DNA from: Thermoanaerobaculia bacterium | GTDB taxonomy: Bacteria > Acidobacteriota > Thermoanaerobaculia > Multivoradales > Multivoraceae | Assembly: GCA_963666565.1 (NCBI GenBank) | Contig: OY762911.1 | Coordinates: 4,128,001-4,192,000, forward strand | DNA: 64,000 nucleotides | Direction: 5' to 3' | Shown: positions 11,913 to 21,838 of the stretch, one piece after another | How positions within the stretch are numbered: the stretch's first letter is position 1 | Layout: each line of letters starts with the position of its first letter | The notes under the pieces: generated by a model | Seen by the model: only the letters and a program-made list of their open reading frames with translations | The model's database searches: none | Told to the model about the DNA's origin: nothing | Position numbers and translations under genes: made by a program

Positions 11913-12818
11913 ATGCCAGCAGACCGTCCTGAAGGCGTTCTCCACGAGACCGCCAAACCGGCGCAGCGCTACCTGGTTCCCGAAGGGACGAAGCGCTTCG
12001 ACCCGCGCAACTGGGCGACGGCGCCGCCGCCGGACGCACCGCGCCACAACGAACTCCGCAAGCTGCGCCGCCGGGCCGTGCGCGACATCAGCCGTCTGCA
12101 GCGGCTGCTCTACGCCGAGGACCGGCGGGCGTTGCTGCTCGTCTTCCAGGCCATGGACGCCGCCGGCAAGGACAGCACGATCAACGCCCTGCTCACCGGC
12201 GTCAACCCGGCCGGCTGCCAGGTGTTCAGCTTCAAGCAGCCGTCGAGCGAGGAGCTCGACCACGACTTCCTCTGGCGCACCGCCCGCAGCCTGCCCGAGC
12301 GCGGCCGCATCGGCGTCTTCAACCGCAGCTACTACGAGGAGGTCCTCGTCGTGCGGGTCCATCCCGAGCTGTTGGAGAAGCAGAAGCTGCCCAACCCGGA
12401 CCCCGGCGGCATCTGGCAGCAGCGGATGGAGTCGATCGTCGAACACGAGCGGCACCTGGCGCGCAACGGCACGGTCATCCTCAAGTTCTTCCTCAACATC
12501 TCCCGCGACGAGCAGAAGACCCGCTTCCTGCGCCGGCTCGACCGTCCGGACAAGCACTGGAAGTTCGCGATCAGCGACGTGCGCGAGCGCGGCTTCTGGG
12601 ACCGTTACATGAGCGCCTACGGCGAGGCGATCCGGTCCACCACGAGAACCCACGCGCCCTGGTACGCGATCCCGGCCGACAGCAAGCCGTACATGCGCTG
12701 GGCGGTCGCCGACATCGTGCGCGACGCGCTGGCCCGCCTGGACCTGAAGCACCCGGAGCCGTCGCTGGCCGATCTGGCCATGTTCGACGAGATGCGCCAG
12801 AGGCTGGAGGACGACTAG
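11913..12818 (+). CDS. ppk2: Polyphosphate kinase 2 family protein
   Basis: QAMDAAGKDS, FKQPSSEELDHDFLWR, FNRSYYE, APWYAIPAD. Confidence 0.93.
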   Translation: MPADRPEGVLHETAKPAQRYLVPEGTKRFDPRNWATAPPPDAPRHNELRKLRRRAVRDISRLQRLLYAEDRRALLLVFQAMDAAGKDSTINALLTGVNPAGCQVFSFKQPSSEELDHDFLWRTARSLPERGRIGVFNRSYYEEVLVVRVHPELLEKQKLPNPDPGGIWQQRMESIVEHERHLARNGTVILKFFLNISRDEQKTRFLRRLDRPDKHWKFAISDVRERGFWDRYMSAYGEAIRSTTRTHAPWYAIPADSKPYMRWAVADIVRDALARLDLKHPEPSLADLAMFDEMRQRLEDD

Positions 12819-13039
12819 GAGGCTGCGCCGCAGAACGCCGCGAAGCGAGTTCTGCGACGCGGCCTCCTGGTGAGGTGGGGGCTGGGGCCAAACACGGAGT
12901 CTGCGACGGGTTTGGCGGCGCCAGGAGACGTGCAAGCGCCTTCCTCGGCTATCATTCGCCGCCTACAGATGATCCCCAGTTCCGGCGCCGCTCGACGCGC
13001 CGAACGACACGGGTCCCCACGGGGACCGGAAAGGCCGCA

Positions 13040-13429
13040 ATGAGACTCCGCAACACCCTGCTTCTGACCCTCGCCGCCGCCCTGCTCGCCTTCGGCTGCA
13101 GCGGCTACGGCGCGCCGGCCCTGCCCGCCGCCGTCGGTTCCTGGAACATGTCCATCGAGACGCCGCTCGGCACCCAGACGCCGACCATCGACGTGACCGG
13201 CGACGCCAGCGGCCTGATGGTGTCGATGGGCTCTCCGGACGGCACGGTGGAGGCCACCGACGTCACCTTCGGCGACGACGGCGCCCTGGGCTTCACGGTC
13301 GACATCGACGCCGGCGGCCAGCAGCTCACGCTGGTGTTCACCGGCATGGTCGAGGGCGACTCGCTGAACGGCACGTTCGCCACCGACTTCGGCGACATGG
13401 AAGCGACCGCCACGCGCGCCGTCGACTAG
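13040..13429 (+). CDS. Hypothetical beta-rich lipoprotein
   Basis: Lipobox LLAFGC followed by a beta-strand-rich domain. Confidence 0.7.
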   Translation: MRLRNTLLLTLAAALLAFGCSGYGAPALPAAVGSWNMSIETPLGTQTPTIDVTGDASGLMVSMGSPDGTVEATDVTFGDDGALGFTVDIDAGGQQLTLVFTGMVEGDSLNGTFATDFGDMEATATRAVD

Positions 13430-13478
13430 CGCCAGGCCATCTCCGCCCGTCGCCGCGCGTCATGCGGCGGCGGGCGCC

Positions 13479-13508
13479 TTGACAAACAGGACCGATTCGA
13501 TCCACTAT
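13479..13508 (+). promoter_or_regulatory. Putative sigma70 promoter of the porin operon
   Basis: TTGACA (13479-13484), 18-nt spacer, CACTAT (13503-13508). Confidence 0.5.
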
Positions 13509-13639
13509 CCGCGGACTCGCCGCGGGCAGCGCCGCTGCCCCGGCGAAACCGAGGAGCGGGCGAACCGGACGGGTACTTGTCCATGCGGCTCGCCCGCCCT
13601 CGCAACCGGGGCCCGCGGGCCCCAGTGGGAGAGCACGGC

Positions 13640-15031
13640 ATGAACGCACTTGTCCGAAAGGCCGGCACCGGACCGCTGGTCCTGCTCGTGGCGCTGACGG
13701 CCCTGGCCCTGCCGGCGGCCCCGGCCGGCGCTCAGGAATCGGCCGAAGAGCGCATCGCGACGCTGGAGGAGCGCATCGAGTCGCTGCGCCAGGCCATCGA
13801 GGAACTCGCCGCCCAGGCGCCCGACGAGCGAGTGGCCGAACTCGAACGGCGGATCGACGTCCTCGCCGAGGAGATCGAGAAGCTCAGCCTCGGCCCTGCG
13901 GCGGCCGTGGGCGCCGAAGCCGGCGAGGGCCTCTACGGCCTGGGCATCGCCGCCTCCAAGGTCTACGGGGTCGAACAGGGCCTGTCGATCGGCGGCTACG
14001 GCGAGATGGTCTTCGAGAGCTACGCGAGCAAGCGCGAGGGCGGCGAGCCCGTCGGCTTCGGCGACGCGTTCGACTTTCTTCGCGCCATCGTCTACGTCGG
14101 CTACAAGTTCGACGAGCGCTGGGTGTTCAACTCGGAGATCGAGTTCGAGCACGCCTCGACGTCCAAGTCCGGCAGCGCCTCCGTCGAGTTCGCGTACGTC
14201 GACTACCTGTGGAAGCCGCAACTGAACTTCCGCACGGGGATCCTCCTGCTCCCGATGGGCTGGCTCAACGAACTGCACGAACCGACCCTCTTCCCGAGCG
14301 CCGAGCGCCCATACGTCGAGCAGGTCCTCATCCCCAGCACCTGGCGCGAGAACGGCGCCGGCATCTTCGGCGACGTGGGGCCCTTCTCCTACCGGAGCTA
14401 CGTCGTCAACGGCCTGAAGGGCGCGGGCTTCACCTCGAACGGCCTGCGCGGCGGCCGCCAGAAAGGCGCCCAGGCCTTGGCCGAGGACTTCGCCTGGACC
14501 GGACGGCTCGACTACACCGCCGTTCCCGGGCTGATCGTCGGCGTCTCGGCCTACATCGGCAACTCCGGCCAGGGTCTGCGCGACGCCGCCGGCGCCACGA
14601 TCGACGCCCGCACCGAGATCGTCGACGTCCACTTCGACTGGCGCCATCGCGGTTTCGGGCTGCGGGGCCTGTGGACCCAAGCCGACGTCGGCGACGCCGC
14701 GCGGCTGAACGGGGCGCTGGGCATCGCCGGCAGCGCCTCGATCGGCGAACGCCTGGAAGGGCACTACCTGGAGGTGTCCTGGGACGTCCTCGCCCGCCGG
14801 GGCGGACGCGCCTCCCTCTCGCCCTTCGTCCGCATCTTGTCGATCGACACCCAGGCCCGCGTGCCGGCCGGATTCGCGAAGAACCCGATCTACGACCGCG
14901 AGATTCTGACCTGGGGCGCCGCCTGGCAGCCGATCGACCAGCTCGTCTTCAAGATCGGCTACCAAGACTGGACCAACCCCGGCGGCACCGCGTTCGACGA
15001 GTGGAACCTGGCGATGGGCTACCTGTTCTAG
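13640..15031 (+). CDS. Outer-membrane beta-barrel porin with N-terminal coiled coil
   Basis: Signal peptide, coiled coil, GGYGE...FNSEIEFEH, C-terminal aromatic residue (MGYLF). Confidence 0.75.
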   Translation: MNALVRKAGTGPLVLLVALTALALPAAPAGAQESAEERIATLEERIESLRQAIEELAAQAPDERVAELERRIDVLAEEIEKLSLGPAAAVGAEAGEGLYGLGIAASKVYGVEQGLSIGGYGEMVFESYASKREGGEPVGFGDAFDFLRAIVYVGYKFDERWVFNSEIEFEHASTSKSGSASVEFAYVDYLWKPQLNFRTGILLLPMGWLNELHEPTLFPSAERPYVEQVLIPSTWRENGAGIFGDVGPFSYRSYVVNGLKGAGFTSNGLRGGRQKGAQALAEDFAWTGRLDYTAVPGLIVGVSAYIGNSGQGLRDAAGATIDARTEIVDVHFDWRHRGFGLRGLWTQADVGDAARLNGALGIAGSASIGERLEGHYLEVSWDVLARRGGRASLSPFVRILSIDTQARVPAGFAKNPIYDREILTWGAAWQPIDQLVFKIGYQDWTNPGGTAFDEWNLAMGYLF

Positions 15032-15069
15032 CGTCCTGAGTCGCCGAAGGCAACGAACGAACGCGAGTC

Positions 15070-15705
15070 GTGGGACGCCAGGTCACCGTGAGGACGAAGT
15101 GCGCCGCGGTCGCGACTGGGTGCGCGGGTCTTCCGACCCGCATCCGGCTGCGGCGCATCGACACGGTCGCAGCCGCTGGCGCCCTGGCGCTGTCGCTGTG
15201 GGCGCCGCAGCCGGCCGCCGGAGGCGTCTTCCTGACCCGCGACGAAGCGCTGAAGCTCGCCTTCCCAGGCTGCGAGGTCGAGCGCGAGGCGCTCTACCTG
15301 ACCCGGGACCAGCAGCAGCGCGCCGCCGATCTGGCCGGCGCAAGAGTCGATTCGCGGCTCGTCGTGCGCTACCGGTCCGATTGCGGAGGCGCCGCCTACT
15401 TCGACGTCCACCGCGTCCGCACCCTGACCGAAACCCTGATGGTCGCAGTGGACGCCGAAGGCCGCGTGGCGCGTCTCGAGATCCTGGCCTTCCTGGAGCC
15501 CGAGGACTACATTCCCCGCCGGAGCTGGTACGAGCAGTTCCTGAGTCTGCGGCTCGACTCGGAACTGCGGCTCAAGCGGTCGATCCACGCCGTGACCGGC
15601 GCCACCCTGACCGCGCGCGCCACCACCGACGCGGTCCGGAGGGTCCTGGCGCTCGATAAGGTGCTCAGGAAGGACCCGTTCCGGGACGGCGAGCTTGTGC
15701 CGTGA
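15070..15705 (+). CDS. FMN-binding (flavinylated) periplasmic protein
   Basis: HAVTGATLTARA contains the [S/T]GA[S/T] flavinylation motif. Start uncertain; a REP-like hairpin lies at 15118-15141. Confidence 0.8.
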   Translation: MGRQVTVRTKCAAVATGCAGLPTRIRLRRIDTVAAAGALALSLWAPQPAAGGVFLTRDEALKLAFPGCEVEREALYLTRDQQQRAADLAGARVDSRLVVRYRSDCGGAAYFDVHRVRTLTETLMVAVDAEGRVARLEILAFLEPEDYIPRRSWYEQFLSLRLDSELRLKRSIHAVTGATLTARATTDAVRRVLALDKVLRKDPFRDGELVP

Positions 15706-16145
15706 ACCGCCTGACCGCCTGGACCGTCCACGCGTCGACATTGCTGGTCGGCGGCACGGGTCTCGTCTACGCCTGGATGCGCTACTTCACCGCGCCCGCC
15801 GACGAGTTCGCGGTCGTCGGCCATCCCTGGCAGCCGCACGTTCAGCATCTCCACCTCTGGACGGCGCCCCTGCTCGTGTTCGGCATCGGCCTGATCTGGC
15901 GGGACCACGTCTGGCGGCACTACCGGCGCCGCGTCCGCGACCGCCGCCGCAGCGGGCTCTCACTGCTCGCGGGCTCCGCCCCGATGATCGCCTCCGGCTA
16001 CCTGATCCAGACCGCCGTCGGCGATCTCTGGCGACAGAGCTGGATCGCGCTCCACCTGATCGCGTCGGCGCTGTTCCTCCTGGGCTACGGCGCCCACATG
16101 GTGAAGCCGCTGCGAGCCGCGCTCGCCAGGAGAGAGCCGGCCTGA
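15702..16145 (+). CDS. Four-TM membrane protein with conserved-looking His residues (cytochrome b-like?)
   Basis: Hydrophobic segments with HLHLW, HVW, LHL and AHM. Start overlaps upstream stop. Confidence 0.65.
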   Translation: MNRLTAWTVHASTLLVGGTGLVYAWMRYFTAPADEFAVVGHPWQPHVQHLHLWTAPLLVFGIGLIWRDHVWRHYRRRVRDRRRSGLSLLAGSAPMIASGYLIQTAVGDLWRQSWIALHLIASALFLLGYGAHMVKPLRAALARREPA

Positions 16146-16254
16146 CGGCCGGCGCGTCTTCCGGCCGCCTTCGGCGCCAGCGGGTCAGAGGACCCGCGCA
16201 CCCGGCGGACAGTCAGTCCCCGCGCGACGGCACGGCGGAACCGCCGCGAGTGCC

Positions 16255-16809
16255 TTAGCCGGCCGGTTCGCTTTCGGCGCCGGAGTCCTCGATGGAGGTG
16301 GCGTGGTCCGCGGACTCGCCGTGGCCCGCTCCGGGCGGCCCGGGGTGCGGCGTGTTCGTGGTGATCAGGACGACCGAGATCAGCATGCCCGCGATGCCGA
16401 CCCAGAGCAGCGGACTCACCTCCAGTTGGCCGCGGCCGCGGTACAGCGTGTAGAGCGCGGTGACGGTGACCGCGCCGCCGAACACGACCGGCATGACGGC
16501 GTAGGGAATCCGCGCGCCGCCGCTGAACATGCTGAGCGTCAGCGACAGTGCGCCCAGCGCGCCCAGGGTGCCGGCATAGAGACCCCAGATTCCCGAGGGT
16601 CCGGTCGGTTCGAAGCTGTCGCCCATCACCCTCATGCCGATCAGGCCGCCGACGATCGCGATGACGAGATAGGCGATGCCGATGCCGACGTAGGGCTTGA
16701 ACGGCGACATGGACTCGTCCACCAGGCGCGCCCTGCCCAGGACCGGACCGTAGAGGCCCCAGCAGAGCGCCGTGCCGAGAGCGAACACGAAGGGGAGGAA
16801 GTTCTTCAT
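16255..16809 (-). CDS. Hypothetical 5-TM membrane protein (DMT/EamA-like)
   Basis: Alternating hydrophobic helices, LCWGLYGP, VMPVVFGGA. Confidence 0.65.
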   Translation of the reverse strand: MKNFLPFVFALGTALCWGLYGPVLGRARLVDESMSPFKPYVGIGIAYLVIAIVGGLIGMRVMGDSFEPTGPSGIWGLYAGTLGALGALSLTLSMFSGGARIPYAVMPVVFGGAVTVTALYTLYRGRGQLEVSPLLWVGIAGMLISVVLITTNTPHPGPPGAGHGESADHATSIEDSGAESEPAG

Positions 16810-16891
16810 TCGATGATCTCCGGAGTTGCCGACGCGGCGAGCACCTGGGCTTCGCGATCGGGCGGAGTGAGCGAGGTCGGGTCGCGAGAGG

Positions 16892-18406
16892 TTACCTTCT
16901 GAGCAGGGATACGGCGGCGATCGTTCCCGGCAGGCCGGTCAGGCCGCCCCCGGGATGGCAACCGGCGCCGCCCAGCCACAGGCCCTCGACCGGGAGCGGC
17001 TCGCCCGCCCAGGCCGACGCCGTCGGCCGCAGCCACAGGCTCTGCGACGGGTTCATCTCGCCGTGGTGAAGACCGCCGGCCGTGGCGCCGTAGTCCGCCT
17101 CGAAGTCGGCGGGAAGCAGCAGCGCGTGCTCCCGGACCAGGCCGCCGATTCCTGGCGCCCACCGTTCGAGTTCGGCCGCCATCCGCTCCAGAAGCTCCGG
17201 GCCGCCCGCGTCCCAGCCGCCCTCGAGGTCGAACGGCAGGTGGTGCGCCGTCGCCAGCAGCAGGTGGCGTCCCGGCGGCGCCAGCGACGGATCGAGAGCC
17301 GTGGGAAGCGCCGCCTCGATCCACGGACGCTCCGGCAGCCGGCGGTACTTCGCGGCGTCGGCGGCACGTTCAATGAAGTCGGGGCGCTCCGCCAGGACGA
17401 TCCGCCCGGTCAGCGCCGGCCGCTCCAGCCCGGGAAACTCCGGCAGCCCGTCGAGCGACAGGGCCAGCCGCGCGGCGGCGCCGCGGTACTTCACGTTCAG
17501 CAGTCGCCGCACGAAACGCGGTTCGAGGTTCGGCGCGCCGATCAGGTCGAGGAAGGTCACGGCCGGCGTCGCGGTGGAGATGACGGCCCCGGCCTCGATC
17601 CGTTCGCCGTCGGCCAGGCGCACACCGGCGACGCGGCCCGCCTCGACGAGGATGCGGGAGACGGCGGCGCCGGTGCGGATCTCCGCTCCCGAGGCCGCGG
17701 CCGAAGCGGCCAGCGCGGCGGCGAACGCCCCGGCGCCGCCGCGCGACCGCACCACCGGCGCCAGCCGGTCCGAGCCGCTCAGGGCGCAGTGATAGAGCAG
17801 CGGCCAGCCGGTTCCGTTGGCGCGCGGGCCGAGCCCCGTCGCCGGGAGCGCGATGCCCGCGAGACCGGCGAGGAGCGACGGATTCTCGAAGCGCTCGCGC
17901 AGCATCTCGTCGAGCGGCGAACTCAGCACGCGCAGGAGCTCCGGCTCGATGAGCAGCCGCCCCATGTCGGCGAGTTCCGGCGGCCGGCAGAGGAGCGGCT
18001 CGAGCGCAGCGGCGCGCTCGGCCAGTTCGAACACGAAGCCCGGCCAGGCGGCGGCGTCCCGCCGGCTGACCCGGCCCAGGCCCTCGACGGTGCGCGCGAC
18101 CTCCGGCCACAGCACGACGGCGCTCGCGCCTTCCGTCGCCGGCACGGCGGCGACCGCCGGCGCCTCGATCGCCTCCAGCCCGTGCGCGCCAAGTTCCAGT
18201 TCCTCCATCACGGAACGGCGGAACATCCCCAGGTCGTTGCTTCCCACATCGACCCGGTGGCCGGGGATGAGCTGCCGCGTCGAGGCGAGACCGCCGAGTT
18301 CCGGGCGCGCCTCCAGCAGGACGACGTCCCGGCCCGAACGCGCCAGCAGCGCCGCCGCGACCAGTCCGTTGTGGCCGCCGCCTACGATCGCGACCCGGCC
18401 GCTCAC
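16892..18406 (-). CDS. Phytoene desaturase-like FAD-dependent oxidoreductase
   Basis: VAIVGGGHNGLVAAALLA, DPSLAPPGRH, GCHPGGGLTGLPG. Confidence 0.88.
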   Translation of the reverse strand: MSGRVAIVGGGHNGLVAAALLARSGRDVVLLEARPELGGLASTRQLIPGHRVDVGSNDLGMFRRSVMEELELGAHGLEAIEAPAVAAVPATEGASAVVLWPEVARTVEGLGRVSRRDAAAWPGFVFELAERAAALEPLLCRPPELADMGRLLIEPELLRVLSSPLDEMLRERFENPSLLAGLAGIALPATGLGPRANGTGWPLLYHCALSGSDRLAPVVRSRGGAGAFAAALAASAAASGAEIRTGAAVSRILVEAGRVAGVRLADGERIEAGAVISTATPAVTFLDLIGAPNLEPRFVRRLLNVKYRGAAARLALSLDGLPEFPGLERPALTGRIVLAERPDFIERAADAAKYRRLPERPWIEAALPTALDPSLAPPGRHLLLATAHHLPFDLEGGWDAGGPELLERMAAELERWAPGIGGLVREHALLLPADFEADYGATAGGLHHGEMNPSQSLWLRPTASAWAGEPLPVEGLWLGGAGCHPGGGLTGLPGTIAAVSLLRR

Positions 18407-18479
18407 GGTGCGCCCCCTTCCCCGCCGGAGGCAGGCGTCTCGGCGTTGTGGCTGCCGCCGACGATCGCGACGCGGCGGC

Positions 18480-20219
18480 TCAACGGCCTTCCCCTTCGCC
18501 TTCCCCGCCGGAGGCCGGCGTTCCGGCGCCTCTCAGATCGCTCAGCACCCGCAGCGCGGCGAGCCGGGCGGGTCCGCCCGAGATGCCGCCGCCGAACTGG
18601 GTCGACGAACCGCACAGGTAGTAGCCGGGCAGCGGCGTCCGGAACGACGCCGCGGCCGGGTCCGGCCGCAGCAGGAAGAGCTGCGAGAGCCGCAACTCGC
18701 CGTGGAAGATGTTGCCGCCCGGAATGCCCGCGATCCGTTCGATGTCGGGCGGCACGAGTACCTGCCGGTGCAGGACCTGGTTCTCGATGCCCGGCGCGTA
18801 CTCGGCGAGCGTCCGCACCACGGCGTCGCCGAACGCCTCGCGTTGCGCGTCGCTCCAGGCCCCGTCCGCCAGCTCGTAGGGCGCGTACTGCACGAAGCAG
18901 GAGAGGACGTGCTTGCCCGGCGGCGCCATGTCCGGGTCGAGGACGGACGGGACGATCATGTCGATGAAGGGCCGCTCCGAGAAGCCGCCGTACTTCGCGT
19001 CGTCGTAGGCGCGGTCGACGTAGTCGAGACCCGGGACGATCGTGATGCCGCCCGACAGGTGGGGGCCCGGTTCCGGCATGCACTCGAAGCGCGGCAGGCC
19101 GGAGATCGCCAGGTTCACCTTGCCGGCGCAGCCGCGGCTCCGCCACCGGGCCGCGCGCTCGACCAGCCCGGCGCCGCCGTCGCCCGGAACGTCGGCCGGA
19201 TCGAGAAGGCCGCCGAGGCTGATCTGCGGCGCCGCCGACGACACGACGACGCCGGCACGAAGCTCGTCGCCATTCGCGAGCGCGACGCCCGACGCCCGGC
19301 CGTCGCGGGCCAGCACCCGCGCAACCGGACAGCCGGTGCGGATCTCGGCGCCGTGGCTTCGCGCCGCCGAGGCGATCGCCGCCGCCACCGCTCCGGTGCC
19401 ACCCTTCTGAAATCCCCACTCCCGGTACACGCCGTCGACCTCGCCCATGTAGTGGTGCAGCAGCACATACGCCGAGCCCGGCGTCCGCGGCGACAGCATC
19501 GATCCGATGATGCTGGAGCTCGAGAGCGCGGCCACGAGCGCGTCCGTCTCGAACCACTGGCCGAGGAAGTCGGCCGAGCTCATCGTCAGCATCTGCACGA
19601 AGGAGCGCAGCCGGGCCGCCGGCAGGTCGAGGAAGTAGCGGGCGATGTCGGCGACCTCCGCCGACACCTCGACGTCCATGTGCTCCGACTCCAGACTCTC
19701 GCCGACCCGGTCGCCGATCGCCGCGGCCAGTTCGTCGGGCGCCGCCCGTTGCAGCCGGTACATCAGGTGGCCCATCCGGCGCATCTCCAGCTTGTACTCG
19801 AACAGGGCCTCGGCGTCGCGCCGCGAGTGGCGGGCGATGTGACGGTACGTCCGCCGCGGATCCGCCTCGCGGAACAGGCAGTCGCCGCCCGGCAGCGGGT
19901 TCAGGGTGCTCGCCGTGGGCACGAGGAACAGGCCGTGACGGACGAGGTCGAGTTCGTGGATGACCTCGGGCCGCAGCAGCGAGACGAGGTAGGAGAAGAC
20001 GCTGAACCGGAAGCCCGGGAAGGCCTCCTCGCTGCGGGTGGCGCCGCCGATGTCCGGCGAGGCCTCCAGCACGACGACGTCGAGGCCGGCGCGGGCGAGG
20101 TAGGCCGCGGCGACCAGCCCGTTGTGGCCGGCGCCGACGACGATCGCGTCGAAGCGGCCGCCGCGGCGGTCCGGCGGTCCGCTGCCGGCTGCGGCCGCCG
20201 CCGTCGCCTCGGTCGTCAT
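18480..20219 (-). CDS. Phytoene desaturase-like FAD-dependent oxidoreductase (second paralog)
   Basis: IVVGAGHNGLVAAAYLA, LLHHYMGE, GGNIFHGEL, CGSSTQFGGGISG. Confidence 0.9.
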   Translation of the reverse strand: MTTEATAAAAAGSGPPDRRGGRFDAIVVGAGHNGLVAAAYLARAGLDVVVLEASPDIGGATRSEEAFPGFRFSVFSYLVSLLRPEVIHELDLVRHGLFLVPTASTLNPLPGGDCLFREADPRRTYRHIARHSRRDAEALFEYKLEMRRMGHLMYRLQRAAPDELAAAIGDRVGESLESEHMDVEVSAEVADIARYFLDLPAARLRSFVQMLTMSSADFLGQWFETDALVAALSSSSIIGSMLSPRTPGSAYVLLHHYMGEVDGVYREWGFQKGGTGAVAAAIASAARSHGAEIRTGCPVARVLARDGRASGVALANGDELRAGVVVSSAAPQISLGGLLDPADVPGDGGAGLVERAARWRSRGCAGKVNLAISGLPRFECMPEPGPHLSGGITIVPGLDYVDRAYDDAKYGGFSERPFIDMIVPSVLDPDMAPPGKHVLSCFVQYAPYELADGAWSDAQREAFGDAVVRTLAEYAPGIENQVLHRQVLVPPDIERIAGIPGGNIFHGELRLSQLFLLRPDPAAASFRTPLPGYYLCGSSTQFGGGISGGPARLAALRVLSDLRGAGTPASGGEGEGEGR

Positions 20220-21838
20220 TCGCCGGCGCCCCGCGGCGCGGTCGCCGGCGCGGCCCGCCGTTCGCTCCGGCCTTCGCCCTCGGGGCGGCCTTCACGTCCG
20301 GGGCGGCCTTCACGTTCGGGACGGCCGCCCGGAACCAGGGCCGGATCGACCGCCGTCTTGCGCCGCGGCTGGAAGAACGGCCGCTTCACGACTCGCGCCC
20401 GGGCGCGGCGCCGGCCGTAGCCCACCGCGACCTCGACGTCCAGCTCGGTCCCGAGGGCGGCCGCCTCCGCCTCCACCGTGGCGAGGCCGACGTACTTCTT
20501 GAGCACGGGCGAGAAGAACCGGGTGGTGCACTGGCCGACCTGCTCTCCGCCGGCAGCGAACACCGGCGTCGGCTCGCGGCACGCCGGCTCGCCCACGACC
20601 GGCGGGCGCAGGTCGATCTCGGACCACAGCCGCTCCAGCTCGAACCAGTCGACCTCCAGGCCGACCGTCGCCCAGGCCGGTCCGCGGTGGCGTTGCCGTT
20701 CGAGCGCGCGGCGGCCCACGAAGTCGGCCCGCTTGTCGAGCTTCACGGTGAAGCCGAGGCCCGCCTCCGCCGGCGTCACCTTCAGCGCCTCGATCTCGGC
20801 GTGCGCCGCCGACACGTAGTCGACGTCGATCAGCACCAGGCCCGCTTCGGCCCTCGCCATGTCGAGCGCCAGCAGGCCGGCGGGCAGGAGCCCGTGGTCC
20901 CTGCCGGCCTCGGCGAGGGCGTCCCACAGCGCCTCCGCGTGCTCGGCCGCCGCCCAGATCTCGTAACCGAGGTCGCCGGTGTAGCCGGTCCGGGTCACCG
21001 TGACGGGAACGCCCCGACCGTCGCCAGCCAGGTCGCCGAGCTCGCCTTCAGCCAGATCGAAGTAGCGCATCGCGCCGAAGTCGATGCCGGCCACGGCGGC
21101 CTCGGCCACCGCCCGCGCCCGCGGCCCCTGGAGCGCCAGTACGCCCATCTCTTCCGAGACGTCCCGCACCTCGGCGTCCATGCCCCAACCGCAGTCCTCG
21201 AACCAGCGCAGGCAGGGCTCCGCGGCGCTCACCAGGAACCGGTCGGCTTCCAGCCGCTGCACGTTGCCGTCCTGCAGCAGGTGGCCGTCCTCGTTGCACC
21301 ACGAGGAGTACGCGACCCGGCCGACCCGGCAGGCCGTCATGTCCCGCGTCATCACGCGGTCCAGCAGCCGCTCCGCGTCGGCGCCCGCGACCTCGTACTT
21401 GAAGAGCGGCGAGACGTCGAAGAGGGCGGCCGCGTTGCGGACCGCCCAGTACTCGCGCTCGGGCGTCGGTTCGTAGGTCTCGGCGCAGGCGTAGCCCGAC
21501 CAGTCGCGCCATGCGCCGCTCTCGCAGGCCGCCGAGGCGCGCCGATGGAACGGCGTCCGCAGCGGTTCGAGCAACCGCGGACCGTTGCGGCGCGGCGGCC
21601 GCACGCCGCCGCCAAACCCGCTCTCGGGCTGCCACCGGTAGGCCCGGCCGTCCGCGCCGCGGCCGATCAGCCCCTCCGCCTCCAGCACGCCGAGCAGCCG
21701 GTGCGTCGTCGACGGATGGAGCCCGTGCGCCGCCGCCAGCTCCGACAACCGGTGCTCCGGCCGCTCCGCCGTGAACGACCGGTAGAGCGACAGCGCCCGC
21801 TGGATGGCCTGCGTTCCCTGCGGCGCCTGGCGCGACAT
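20216..21838 (-). CDS. IclR-type HTH fused to GcvT/aminomethyltransferase-family (folate-dependent demethylase-like) protein
   Basis: N-terminal TQAIQRALSL...LSELAAAHGLHPSTTHRLLGVL, then TPFH, FDVSPLFK, ALQGPRA, TRTGYTGDLGYEIW, ARAEAG. Confidence 0.85.
   Translation of the reverse strand: MSRQAPQGTQAIQRALSLYRSFTAERPEHRLSELAAAHGLHPSTTHRLLGVLEAEGLIGRGADGRAYRWQPESGFGGGVRPPRRNGPRLLEPLRTPFHRRASAACESGAWRDWSGYACAETYEPTPEREYWAVRNAAALFDVSPLFKYEVAGADAERLLDRVMTRDMTACRVGRVAYSSWCNEDGHLLQDGNVQRLEADRFLVSAAEPCLRWFEDCGWGMDAEVRDVSEEMGVLALQGPRARAVAEAAVAGIDFGAMRYFDLAEGELGDLAGDGRGVPVTVTRTGYTGDLGYEIWAAAEHAEALWDALAEAGRDHGLLPAGLLALDMARAEAGLVLIDVDYVSAAHAEIEALKVTPAEAGLGFTVKLDKRADFVGRRALERQRHRGPAWATVGLEVDWFELERLWSEIDLRPPVVGEPACREPTPVFAAGGEQVGQCTTRFFSPVLKKYVGLATVEAEAAALGTELDVEVAVGYGRRRARARVVKRPFFQPRRKTAVDPALVPGGRPEREGRPGREGRPEGEGRSERRAAPATAPRGAGE

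Noticed and set aside
16892-20219. Carotenoid biosynthesis (crtI)
   Set aside because: No crtB/crtE nearby; the context is amine/C1 catabolism.
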